Below are positions 1 through 8,086 of a DNA stretch of 39,909 bases, piece after piece. This stretch comes from a virus. Within the stretch, counting starts at the first letter, position 1. Each line of letters starts with the position of its first letter. The translations under genes were made by a program, and so were the position numbers. The notes under the pieces were generated by a model, which saw only the letters and a program-made list of their open reading frames with translations, was not told the DNA's origin and did no database searches. Location: UHGV virus genome UHGV-0195847. One strand, written 5' to 3'.

Positions 1-345
1 ATGAGAACATTGGTGATTTATGACAGTACAGGCCGTATCTGGACCATTGTACACGGGGCGGAGGAATTACCACAGGGCCTTACCTGTATGTGGGTGGATA
101 TTCCAGATGGTGCACAGCTGGACCATATTAATGTGACAGATGCCAGCAATCCACAGCCTGTCTTTGCGTATCTGCCTGAGTCCGATATTGGACGTCTGCA
201 GGGACAGGTGGTAAGTCTGGGTGACCAGCTTACAGAGGCACAGTTGGCGCTCACAGAACAGTATGAGGCCAATCTGGCATTGGCCGAAGAGATAACCAAT
301 ACCCAGCTGGCCCTGACAGAAATTTACGAGGGAATGGAGGTGTAA
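1..345 (+). CDS. Hypothetical coiled-coil protein at end of tail-fibre module (XkdW-like position)
   Basis: 114-aa ORF starting at base 1. Heptad-like repeat TEAQLALTEQYEANLALAEEITNTQLALTEIYEG. Sits between tail-fibre genes (if circular) and the XkdX-like/holin genes. Confidence 0.5.
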   Translation: MRTLVIYDSTGRIWTIVHGAEELPQGLTCMWVDIPDGAQLDHINVTDASNPQPVFAYLPESDIGRLQGQVVSLGDQLTEAQLALTEQYEANLALAEEITNTQLALTEIYEGMEV

Positions 346-348
346 AGA

Positions 349-462
349 ATGGCAGACTATATGGCAATTGTATATGCGGACCTTATTCACAAGGGCAAGA
401 AAACGATTGAACAGGTCCCGGAGAAGTTAAGGGCGGAAGTCGAGGCGGTACTTAATGCTTAG
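349..462 (+). CDS. Small phage protein, XkdX-like (37 aa), copy 1
   Basis: MADYMAIVYADLIHKGKKTIEQVPEKLRAEVEAVLNA. Paralog of next ORF. Lies immediately upstream of holin, as XkdX-family genes do. Confidence 0.45.
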   Translation: MADYMAIVYADLIHKGKKTIEQVPEKLRAEVEAVLNA

Positions 463-502
463 ACTGCTGCTCTTTTTATTATTGAGGAAGGAGGTAGATA
501 CC

Positions 503-631
503 ATGGCAATCATTTATGCAACCCTGATTGTAAAGGGGAGGAAGACATTCGGGCAGGTCCCGGATAAAATTAAGGACCAGGTGCGCCAGGTACTGGTTGA
601 TCTGGAATGTGAAGAGCTAATTACAGAGTAG
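503..631 (+). CDS. Small phage protein, XkdX-like (42 aa), copy 2
   Basis: MAIIYATLIVKGRKTFGQVPDKIKDQVRQVLVDLECEELITE. Tandem paralog of 349..462. RBS GGAAGGAGG upstream. Confidence 0.45.
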   Translation: MAIIYATLIVKGRKTFGQVPDKIKDQVRQVLVDLECEELITE

Positions 632-640
632 GTGAGGTAT

Positions 641-1069
641 ATGAAAATGAAGAAAGATATTATATGCGCCATTGCAGGTATGGCCGCAGCGGCGGGAGTA
701 AAGCTTTTTGGCGGCTGGACCCCGACATTGAGTATCGTGCTCATACTTATGGGTCTGGACCTGTTGGCGGGATTCTTAGTGGCAGTGGTGTTTAAAAAGT
801 CACCAAAATCAGAGAGCGGTGCTGCCAGTTCAAACGCCATGCTTAAAGGGTTGTGCAAAAAATTTATGATGGTGTGCCTTCTGGCGGTAGCTCATCAGCT
901 TGATGTGGCCTTGGGAGTAGATTATATTATGCTGGCAGCCACATATGGATTTATCGCAAATGAGTCATTGTCTATCGTGGAGAATGCCGGACTCATGGGT
1001 ATCGTGAAATCCGATGTAATAGTGAATGCCATTGAAGTGTTAAAGGGCAAATCACAGAAAATAGAGTAG
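641..1069 (+). CDS. Holin (phage_holin_4_1 / TcdE-like family)
   Basis: About 142 aa with three hydrophobic helices and a charged C-terminus. Located directly upstream of endolysin. ORF track starts at GTG 632; ATG 641/647 has a better RBS (GGTGAGG). Confidence 0.75.
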   Translation: MKMKKDIICAIAGMAAAAGVKLFGGWTPTLSIVLILMGLDLLAGFLVAVVFKKSPKSESGAASSNAMLKGLCKKFMMVCLLAVAHQLDVALGVDYIMLAATYGFIANESLSIVENAGLMGIVKSDVIVNAIEVLKGKSQKIE

Positions 1070-1084
1070 TTGCGATATCGCAAC
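1069..1084. repeat. Perfect 16-bp palindrome GTTGCGATATCGCAAC, copy 1 (18 bp with A/T flanks)
   Basis: Read directly. Immediately after the holin stop. Followed by a second palindrome TTGTGA-AG-TCACAA (1085-1098). Confidence 0.95.
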
Positions 1085-1106
1085 TTGTGAAGTCACAACT
1101 TTTCAT

Positions 1107-1138
1107 GGCTCAGGGATGCCCCTGGGCCTTATTTTTTT
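1107..1138 (+). terminator. Rho-independent terminator-like hairpin between holin and endolysin
   Basis: GGCTCAGGG-ATGC-CCCTGGGCC: 9-bp stem with one G.U, then TTATTTTTTT. Abuts the endolysin RBS. Confidence 0.6.
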
Positions 1139-1155
1139 GATTGGAGGAAAACACT

Positions 1156-1929
1156 ATGAGTAAAACAGCAACAGGATTAATTCAGCACTGCAAGGACAAG
1201 CTGGGCACCCCTTACGTCTACGGCGCCAAGGGCGAGGTCCTTACCCAGGCCATCCTGGACCGCCTCGCCCGGGAGAACCCAGGCACATACACATCCACCT
1301 ACAAAGCCAAGGCGGCCAGATACATAGGCCAGCGCTGCACGGACTGTTCCGGCCTCATCAGCTGGTACACTGGGCGCATCCGCGGCAGTTACAACTACCA
1401 CGACACAGCAGCAAAGCGCGTGAGTATTGGCCATCTGGACGAGTCCATGGTCGGCTGGGCGCTCTGGAAGCCAGGCCACATCGGGGTATACATAGGTGAT
1501 GGTTGGTGTATTGAGGCCAAGGGCATCAACTACGGGACTATCAAGTCCAGAGTGACCGCCACACCCTGGCAGAAGGCCCTCAAGCTCTGCGACATCGACT
1601 ATACCCCGGTCCCAGTGACATACACCCAGGGCTTTCAGCCGGCCGCAGACGGCCAGCGCTGGCGGTATCAGTTTACAGACGGCAGCTATGCGGCCAATGG
1701 CTGGTACTGGCTCCGGGAGGCCACGGACGGTACCTGCGGCTGGTATCTGTTTGACAGCGAGGGCTACATGCTGACCGGCTACCAGGTGGACCCTGCCGGT
1801 GAGGCATTTTTACTCTGTCCAGTCAAGGGCAGCGACGAGGGCAAGTGCATGATTACGGATGCCAGGGGAGCGCTGCGGATTGCGGAGGAGTACGATATGG
1901 TGAATAGAAGGTATGTGTTTGAGTGGTAA
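1156..1929 (+). CDS. Endolysin: NlpC/P60 (CHAP-like) peptidase with C-terminal cell-wall-binding repeats
   Basis: DCSGLISW catalytic Cys motif and GHIGVYIGDG His motif. C-terminal GWYWL.../GWYLFDSEGYMLTGYQ repeats resemble CW_binding_1. RBS GGAGGAAA before ATG 1156. GC-rich third codon positions differ from neighbouring genes. Confidence 0.85.
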   Translation: MSKTATGLIQHCKDKLGTPYVYGAKGEVLTQAILDRLARENPGTYTSTYKAKAARYIGQRCTDCSGLISWYTGRIRGSYNYHDTAAKRVSIGHLDESMVGWALWKPGHIGVYIGDGWCIEAKGINYGTIKSRVTATPWQKALKLCDIDYTPVPVTYTQGFQPAADGQRWRYQFTDGSYAANGWYWLREATDGTCGWYLFDSEGYMLTGYQVDPAGEAFLLCPVKGSDEGKCMITDARGALRIAEEYDMVNRRYVFEW

Positions 1930-2002
1930 AAATACAAGCGACAGAATTTTTCTGCCGCAGTGGATTATTATGATGTAGCATGGATTTAATAACATCGTGA
2001 GT

Positions 2003-3478
2003 TTAACGAGTCAAATAGTTATATTCCACACAACCTTCGCCTGGATTATATCGGAATTCCACAACCGGATGCCCGAAATCCAGTTGTTCGTAATCATTTG
2101 TGAAAAACAAGTCTTTGTCTGTATAAAGTTTTGCATAGTACTGCATATATTCTTCAGAATTATTAATACAATGGTATTCAGGCATATAAATGTTAGTCCC
2201 ATCATCGAAATTTTGTATCGCACCAGAGCTCATCAGATTGTTGAAGGCAATGTATCGTTCTGTCTGTACCTTTAGCATATTTCCAATTCCCGAGTTAAAC
2301 GCTCCGGTAGCCAACGAAATGGCAAATACGCAACTGCATAAGAACATTCGGATTGTTCTTTTATAATGAAAAAGAGAACATATCCAAACTGCACATAATA
2401 CACCTGCCAATACCATGAAAAACCAGGAGTAAAAGCTTGTTAAATATCCGAAGGTCTTTTCATTACACCAATTGATATATTTGCTGGTAACACACAATGG
2501 TAAATTGGGTAAGAACATACCCATAATACTAATGATTATAATCTTTAAATATTTACCTTTCCAAATAATTCTTTTGATAAAATACCCAAAAAGAAAAGTG
2601 GTTAATCCTGCGATTAAATATATATCATAGGAAGCTTGTAGGAAGAAAGTGATGAGTTCACCATTGTATATGGTATAGAGCATCGGTATCAAGGGAAATG
2701 CTGCGATAGAATACATAAAAAGACACCAAATGCTTCCTACAGGGTCGCCAAAGAAAAAAGAAGCACCATCATAAGTGATAGGATATATTTTCCTCCAAGC
2801 AAAATAGACAAATAAAAATACTAGAACCACACTGATGTGATAGGACATAGAGAGTAATGCTCTCTTCATATTTTTTTCATAAAAAAGGCTTATTATCACA
2901 AACAGTAAAATGTATGCAACAGCACTTTCATAAATTATTATACTGAACATATAGAATATGCTGCTCCATAATAACTTTTTCTTACATTGAGGTTTTTGTA
3001 GATATTGCAAATAAAAATAAATAGAGCATAGAATTAATCCAATAATAATCTGGTGCGAAAAAACATATGCAAGAAAGAGGCTGTGCCAATTAGATATAAC
3101 AGCTAATCCCCAAAAAAGTGTTATGACAGTCTTTGCAATGTCTTTATCGATGAAATCACTAACAAGTCGATACAATACATATACATCAAACAGTATGGTA
3201 CCATAAGAAAACAATTTATAAATCCACAGCTGGTCTGCCATCATAGGAATACCTAACATCAGGGTACTCATGAACTGTGTAATTCTTCCCGACTTTGTAA
3301 GATGGACCGCCCAACGAAACAAATCACCATGACGAACAATTGTATAGGTTAAAATATCATCATCTACAGCAAAATAGACAGGATAGATTTTGATGAGAAA
3401 AAGCGTCATCAGGCCCCCTATTAAAAACCATTCCAAAAATGTGGTCTTTTTAATATCAATGTTTTTATTGCTGTTCAA
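2003..3478 (-). CDS. Polytopic membrane protein, GT-C-fold glycosyltransferase-like (moron)
   Basis: 491 aa with at least 10 hydrophobic helices. Acidic DDD motif in first predicted loop (YFAVDDDILTY), as in PMT/ArnT-type GT-C enzymes. AT-rich (~30% GC). TTG start preceded by AGGAGG. Confidence 0.55.
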   Translation of the reverse strand: MNSNKNIDIKKTTFLEWFLIGGLMTLFLIKIYPVYFAVDDDILTYTIVRHGDLFRWAVHLTKSGRITQFMSTLMLGIPMMADQLWIYKLFSYGTILFDVYVLYRLVSDFIDKDIAKTVITLFWGLAVISNWHSLFLAYVFSHQIIIGLILCSIYFYLQYLQKPQCKKKLLWSSIFYMFSIIIYESAVAYILLFVIISLFYEKNMKRALLSMSYHISVVLVFLFVYFAWRKIYPITYDGASFFFGDPVGSIWCLFMYSIAAFPLIPMLYTIYNGELITFFLQASYDIYLIAGLTTFLFGYFIKRIIWKGKYLKIIIISIMGMFLPNLPLCVTSKYINWCNEKTFGYLTSFYSWFFMVLAGVLCAVWICSLFHYKRTIRMFLCSCVFAISLATGAFNSGIGNMLKVQTERYIAFNNLMSSGAIQNFDDGTNIYMPEYHCINNSEEYMQYYAKLYTDKDLFFTNDYEQLDFGHPVVEFRYNPGEGCVEYNYLTR

Positions 3479-3953
3479 CTTTAACCTCCTAATAACTCTG
3501 TCAAAATAGTATATGCATTTATTTCTTGACGCCTGTTAGTTAGTTTACCACATTCTTGATTGGTTGGCTAGATATTACAAGGGTTCATAATTTTAGTAAC
3601 AGTTTTGGTCAATGTTTTTATTATCATTGAGTGGTACTGGATGAATCGGGCCCGCCTATTTGGTAGGCAGTGACTACAATTTGCCTACCCTGTACAAGTT
3701 TTGGTAAATGATAGTATAGGTTTGTGTGTGCCAATATGTGAAAGTATTTCTCTTTATTCCCTTTAAATAAAGGTTGTTTTATGGTACTATGTGCAAAAAT
3801 ATGTTAGTATGTTTTTATGTGTTAACAAACGGGGAATGTCGAAACCGTCGTGGAACTATCACGCAAAATCAAGGATTGACGGACTATCTGACATCTTTAT
3901 TGGTTGCCCTGCCTACCTCTTGCCTACGCTTTTTTGAGTGGTAGGCAAGGTTG
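3479..3953. other. attP-like non-coding region with integrase arm-type repeats
   Basis: GGTAGGCA at 3662-3669 and 3940-3947. TGCCTACC at 3682-3689 and 3910-3917. TGCCTAC at 3921-3927. Inverted pairs flank short spacers. Located between the moron and the integrase 3' end. Confidence 0.5.
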
Positions 3954-5159
3954 CTATGATATAGCATCTGCCAGGATTACAATGGCATCGTTCTGCATTT
4001 TTTCCGTGTTAAACACATAACGGTCCATGGTGGTCTTGATGTCCTTGTGGCCCAGACGCTCCATGACGGTCTTGGGCTGGGCGCCATTTTCCGCCAACAA
4101 CGTGCCGTGAGTATGACGTAGGCAATGACTGTGGAACAGAGGATTTCCCAATTCTTCATGAATGACCTTGGCACAGTACTTGAAAGAGTATGGCGTCAAC
4201 AGCTCGCCGTTTTCTTTGGCGCTTATTGGCATTATTTCCTTGCCAACAATTTTGACGTTGGAAGGAGCCTGAAAGATTAAGCCATCGTCCATTTGATACG
4301 TCTTTGTAAAGTACTGGCCGTACCGGAGCATGTTCTTTTTGCGGTTATGGATTTCTGTTTTCAGAACTTTTTCATATTCCGGGAGTATTTTTATAGTCCG
4401 GACAGAATCATATTTTGGCGGCCGGTAATACCACTTTCCGCCCTCATTGGCAAGCTGGTGCTGGATGGTTATGGTGTGGCGCTCGAAATCTACGTCATGC
4501 AGCAAGTCAATGCCGTAAGCCTCTCCCAGGCGCGTGCCACAATGGTATCCGGTCATGAGCGGTATGTAAAAATTACTGTCCGGCCCAAAACGCTCAATGA
4601 TGGCCGCAAAGTCCTCTTTGACACAGATATATTCTGTGTGTGCCTTGGCCTCATCAGACATAACTATCTTCGGTATTCTGGCATAATCACAGGGGTTGTA
4701 CTTGATGTATTTACAGGGATATACCGCATATCCCAGGGCACCAGACAGGCAGGATAAGGTATTTTTAACCATGCTCCTGGAATAGCCTTGACGCTTCATT
4801 CCGTCAATCCATTTTTGGATAACATCTGTCTCCAATGATGCCAGCCGGTATTTTCCGAATGCCGGTTTTAGATGCACACGGATTTTCTTTTCATAATCCT
4901 TTTGTGTATTGTAGCTGAGATTGGTTTTGACATAATTATCATACCAATAATCCAGATAATCAGATACGCTGATGTCCGAAGGGGTAAACCTGCGGCCAGC
5001 AGAGTCATATTCCGCCTTAGCTTGGGTGCCGGCAGTGATGGCCTCGGCCTTGGTACGGTATCCTCCCTGACTGATTGGGTTGCGCTTACCGTTGATTTTA
5101 GCCCCTTCAAAGGACCATTCCCAAGTGGAGCCGCGTTTCCTTGTGCGTAGTTGTCCCAT
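3954..5159 (-). CDS. int: Tyrosine integrase (phage integrase family with N-terminal arm-binding domain)
   Basis: 401 aa. C-terminal HCLRHTHGT...LGH..TT.DRY catalytic signature (R, HxxR, Y). N-terminal WEWSFEG...GGYRTKAEA arm-type DNA-binding domain. RBS AAGGAGGAA. Confidence 0.9.
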   Translation of the reverse strand: MGQLRTRKRGSTWEWSFEGAKINGKRNPISQGGYRTKAEAITAGTQAKAEYDSAGRRFTPSDISVSDYLDYWYDNYVKTNLSYNTQKDYEKKIRVHLKPAFGKYRLASLETDVIQKWIDGMKRQGYSRSMVKNTLSCLSGALGYAVYPCKYIKYNPCDYARIPKIVMSDEAKAHTEYICVKEDFAAIIERFGPDSNFYIPLMTGYHCGTRLGEAYGIDLLHDVDFERHTITIQHQLANEGGKWYYRPPKYDSVRTIKILPEYEKVLKTEIHNRKKNMLRYGQYFTKTYQMDDGLIFQAPSNVKIVGKEIMPISAKENGELLTPYSFKYCAKVIHEELGNPLFHSHCLRHTHGTLLAENGAQPKTVMERLGHKDIKTTMDRYVFNTEKMQNDAIVILADAIS

Positions 5160-5179
5160 ATACCATTCCTCCTTGTGCT

Positions 5180-5195
5180 GTTGCGATATCGCAAC
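5180..5195. repeat. Perfect 16-bp palindrome GTTGCGATATCGCAAC, copy 2
   Basis: Read directly. On the int strand it lies 5 nt upstream of the int RBS and just after a weak hairpin/T-run. Confidence 0.95.
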
Positions 5196-5348
5196 AAAAT
5201 TTGGGTATAAAAAATACGCCCTCTTGCCAGGACGCTCCAGGAATGATATAATCAGATTGTTCAGAACTGATGATATCTTCCGGAGCAGTCCGGCAAGAGA
5301 AATCTATGTGAAAAGCTTCTGTGTTACCAGCACAGGGGCTTTTTCATA

Positions 5349-6089
5349 TTATGAATTTAATAACTGTTTTTTCTTAGTTTCAAACTCTTCTTCGGATATG
5401 GCTCCCATATCCAATAATTCTTTCAGAGCTTTAATTCCCTTGAGGGCATCTGTGGTATTTTTAGATACTTCGGCAACTGATTGTTCTTCTTTGATTTGGA
5501 AACACCTTATTTGAGCATCTATTTCAGTAGTGCAGGCTATGGAAATAGGAAATGTCATTCCATCATCAATGCGCCGAAGTTTCAAAACCGCGGTTCCGGC
5601 TTGCTCAATATGCTGTGTCATTTGCCTGGAGTTAGATGACATATTTCCCTGTGTAGTAGATTTACCTTTACTTCCGGCACCGATTGCTGCCCCTACTGCG
5701 GTTCCGATTCCAGGCATCAATAAAGTACCTACGACAGCCCCCGCTGTCATTTTTCCGGCCTTTCCTTTTTTGACTGTCTGACTGCTACTGATTCCGGTGG
5801 TTTGTGTATTCGTCATGGAGCCATAAAGAGGTCCGTCCCAAGAATAATCTAGCAATTCATAAAGTCTATTTTCATCAACTCCAAAATAAACCAAGCCGTC
5901 TTCCTGGCGTTGTCGGATGGTGCAGGATCCGTTCATGCCAGCAGGCCCATTTTTAACAGTGATGAACGCGCTGACCTGGCTTTGTCTTCTGGTAGCCAGC
6001 TGTCTTTCTGAATCCTTCTTTGCTAATTCATTCTTTACCAAACCCGTTGCACCATCGGCGGCGCTTTTCATCAAATCTTTAAGTCCCAT
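5349..6089 (-). CDS. Glycine-zipper membrane segment plus C-terminal SHOCT-domain protein
   Basis: C-terminus ALKGIKALKELLDMGAISEEEFETKKKQLL matches the SHOCT pattern. Central AGAVVGTLLMPGIGTAVGAAIGAG glycine zipper. RBS GAGGAGG. Co-oriented with repressor/ImmA/int. Confidence 0.65.
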   Translation of the reverse strand: MGLKDLMKSAADGATGLVKNELAKKDSERQLATRRQSQVSAFITVKNGPAGMNGSCTIRQRQEDGLVYFGVDENRLYELLDYSWDGPLYGSMTNTQTTGISSSQTVKKGKAGKMTAGAVVGTLLMPGIGTAVGAAIGAGSKGKSTTQGNMSSNSRQMTQHIEQAGTAVLKLRRIDDGMTFPISIACTTEIDAQIRCFQIKEEQSVAEVSKNTTDALKGIKALKELLDMGAISEEEFETKKKQLLNS

Positions 6090-6116
6090 AACGAAACCTC
6101 CTCAATGTATATACTA

Positions 6117-6827
6117 TTACAATGACTGTGCCCTCAAAGAATCCAGAATTATTCTCGTTGGTGACAGCAAATCATTAAATGGATATGGTTCCTGACTGGC
6201 CTTAGCATCGCATATAGGACAGATACAGTCACCAGGTCGGTTATAAAAAGTTCGTCCACAGTAGAAACATTCGGTCTCAGCACAAATAAACTTTTTAGAC
6301 TCGGATTTATAAAAGTAGCTATACATTTCCCAATCAACCGGATACATTTTATGTGTGGCTCTGCGATACCATCTGCGGTAAGCGGCAAAGGCATTATGAG
6401 CAGCTTCGTCCGACAATCCGAAATGTCTATGCACATCCCAAGCGCTTTCACAATGGCAATAATGGATTACCATACTGGGAGCCAATACGTAGCTTGCAAA
6501 ACAATTGGCCTCTTTCTCATAATAGTCTGCCTTGTACGGATGCTCAAGCACTATATGCCCCAACTCATGGGCCAGTGAGAAGATAATCCTATCTAATGGC
6601 TTTTCCTCATTGTAAGCAACTGTCCTGCTAAATGGTTCAGTGTATGCCTCGTCAGAACAGGAAGCACATAATTCATATACTTCTGGATTCTTTTCTTTCA
6701 ATTCGCTGTATGTATAGACATGATATCCATACTTTTTTATGGCTGAAATACAGTCAAATGGAAATTTCTTAAATTCACAAAAGATATATGTTTCTAGTAC
6801 TTTTTTCAGTATAAAATCGTGATTCAA
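6117..6827 (-). CDS. ImmA/IrrE-family zinc metallopeptidase with C-terminal Cys4 extension
   Basis: HELGHIVLEH HExxH motif. Immediately downstream of the XRE repressor with a TTG start 6 nt after the repressor stop (ImmR/ImmA-like arrangement). C-terminal CxxC...CxxC. Confidence 0.75.
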   Translation of the reverse strand: MNHDFILKKVLETYIFCEFKKFPFDCISAIKKYGYHVYTYSELKEKNPEVYELCASCSDEAYTEPFSRTVAYNEEKPLDRIIFSLAHELGHIVLEHPYKADYYEKEANCFASYVLAPSMVIHYCHCESAWDVHRHFGLSDEAAHNAFAAYRRWYRRATHKMYPVDWEMYSYFYKSESKKFICAETECFYCGRTFYNRPGDCICPICDAKASQEPYPFNDLLSPTRIILDSLRAQSL

Positions 6828-6832
6828 TCAAA

Positions 6833-7156
6833 TCAGTCCTCATTATTTATTTCGGACAGTAGTTTGATTAGACGCATTTTCTGTTCAACAGACATCTGCT
6901 TACCATTTCTTGCCACAAGGCGTTCCACATCCGCATAAGTGGGTTCTGGAACCACCTTCTTTTCTCTATCATCAAAGTCATCAAGCGACAACCCAAGAAC
7001 ATGAGCGATAGACTTAAGCGTTTCAAGTTTTGGGTCTTTTGTGGCACCGCTTAATATCTTATTCAACGTTCCCAAAGGGACTCCAGATTTTTCAGATAAT
7101 TCCTCCGTGGTCAATCCTAACTTTTTTTTGTACTCTGCAATTTTCTCCAGTCCCAT
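6833..7156 (-). CDS. XRE-family HTH transcriptional repressor (CI-like)
   Basis: 107 aa. HTH LTTEELSEKSGVPLGTLNKILSG. Divergent from the cro-like gene. RBS GGAGGG. Confidence 0.85.
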   Translation of the reverse strand: MGLEKIAEYKKKLGLTTEELSEKSGVPLGTLNKILSGATKDPKLETLKSIAHVLGLSLDDFDDREKKVVPEPTYADVERLVARNGKQMSVEQKMRLIKLLSEINNED

Positions 7157-7170
7157 CCTTAATCCCTCCT

Positions 7171-7310
7171 ACGGTAATATTTTACCGCCAAACGGTTTTT
7201 AAGTCAAGCGAATTTTACCGTTAACGGAAAGAAAACGTAAAAAACGGGTTGACTTTTACCGTTAATGGATATATACTTTCAATAAATAACCGTCAACGGA
7301 TAGAAAGGAG
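7171..7310. promoter_or_regulatory. Divergent early promoters with repeated ACCGTTAACGG-type operators
   Basis: Plus strand: TTGACT (7249-7254), 17-nt spacer, TATACT (7272-7277). Minus strand: TTGACT (plus 7202-7207), 17-nt spacer, TAAAAT (plus 7179-7184). Operator-like sites at 7184-7196, 7217-7227, 7258-7268, 7299-7309, plus a TTACCGT half-site at 7171-7177. Confidence 0.7.
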
Positions 7311-7316
7311 GATAAC

Positions 7317-7526
7317 ATGTACTACCGTTTGAAGTTTGAAATTAGCAAAAGGGGATTTACAATAGAAAAATTCTCACTTTTGCTTAATATTTCAGAAAAA
7401 TCATTGCGGAATAAAATTAAGGGGTCAACAGAGTTTTCCTGGTCGGAAGTACTAAGAATTCGGGATTTGATTGACCCTACAATGTCCTTAGAGGAATTAT
7501 TTAAAAAAGAGGACAAAATTGCCTAA
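7317..7526 (+). CDS. Cro-like small DNA-binding regulator
   Basis: 69 aa. First gene of the rightward early operon. RBS AAAGGAGG. Helix-rich, basic. Confidence 0.5.
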   Translation: MYYRLKFEISKRGFTIEKFSLLLNISEKSLRNKIKGSTEFSWSEVLRIRDLIDPTMSLEELFKKEDKIA

Positions 7527-7614
7527 ACAAACACATGTTCGATAGAGACAACTATACCACTATCATATGCGTGTGTCAATGGGAAGGGGTGGAAAAGGAA
7601 GGTGGATATAGATA

Positions 7615-7827
7615 ATGGTAGAACCATACAAACCGTTGTACACGGTGGAGGAAACAGCAACCGTACTTATGACGAACACGGATACCGTGTATAGCCTGAT
7701 TAGGAAAGGGAGCCTGCGAGCATTAAAACTGGGGCGGATAAAGATTCGGGGAAGCGATTTGGAGCAATTCATTGAAGATTACCCAGTATTCCAAGGGGAG
7801 GGACAAGCCAATGACAAAAGTAACTGA
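7615..7827 (+). CDS. xis: Excisionase / HTH_17 (MerR-like) DNA-binding protein
   Basis: YTVEETATVL...NTDTVYSLIRKGSLRALKLGRIKIR..DLEQFI matches the excisionase-family HTH. Confidence 0.65.
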   Translation: MVEPYKPLYTVEETATVLMTNTDTVYSLIRKGSLRALKLGRIKIRGSDLEQFIEDYPVFQGEGQANDKSN

Positions 7828-8077
7828 GTTAGCCATCCGCGCCAAAGCTGCGGTCCGGTATCCCGGCTGGCGTGTGGATTTTGTTGGACCGGCCACCATA
7901 GCACTGACCCATGTTATGGGCAGGGAGCGGGTGATTGAGGTGCGGCGGCGCAGGAGACGCCGGGACGGCCCAATCATGAGGGCAGCTAAATGGATTGTAC
8001 CGGCGGTTATCTGGCTGCTGGGGATGTGGATGGTATCTATCGTGGTCATGGCGGCGGCCATGGGCGTGAGACTGTGA
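7811..8077 (+). CDS. Hypothetical protein with poly-Arg tract and C-terminal TM helix
   Basis: Start chosen at ATG 7811 after RBS GGGGAGGGA. RRRRRRR tract. Hydrophobic C-terminus. Confidence 0.4.
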   Translation: MTKVTELAIRAKAAVRYPGWRVDFVGPATIALTHVMGRERVIEVRRRRRRRDGPIMRAAKWIVPAVIWLLGMWMVSIVVMAAAMGVRL

Positions 8078-8086
8078 GAGGAGGAT

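Noticed and set aside
1997-2275. 92-aa plus-strand ORF and 70-aa minus-strand ORF at the 3' end of the GT-C gene
   Set aside because: AT-rich shadow ORFs within or antisense to the 491-aa membrane protein gene.
3479-3953. Possible tRNA fragment in the attP region (GGATGAATCGGGCCCGCC, GTCGAAACCGTCGTGG)
   Set aside because: Neither segment matches the T-arm consensus GGTTCGAATCC plus acceptor stem. Cannot support a tRNA-derived core without the host attB.
4293-4757. 154-aa plus-strand ORF inside integrase
   Set aside because: Antisense to the integrase whose catalytic motifs are intact. No RBS.
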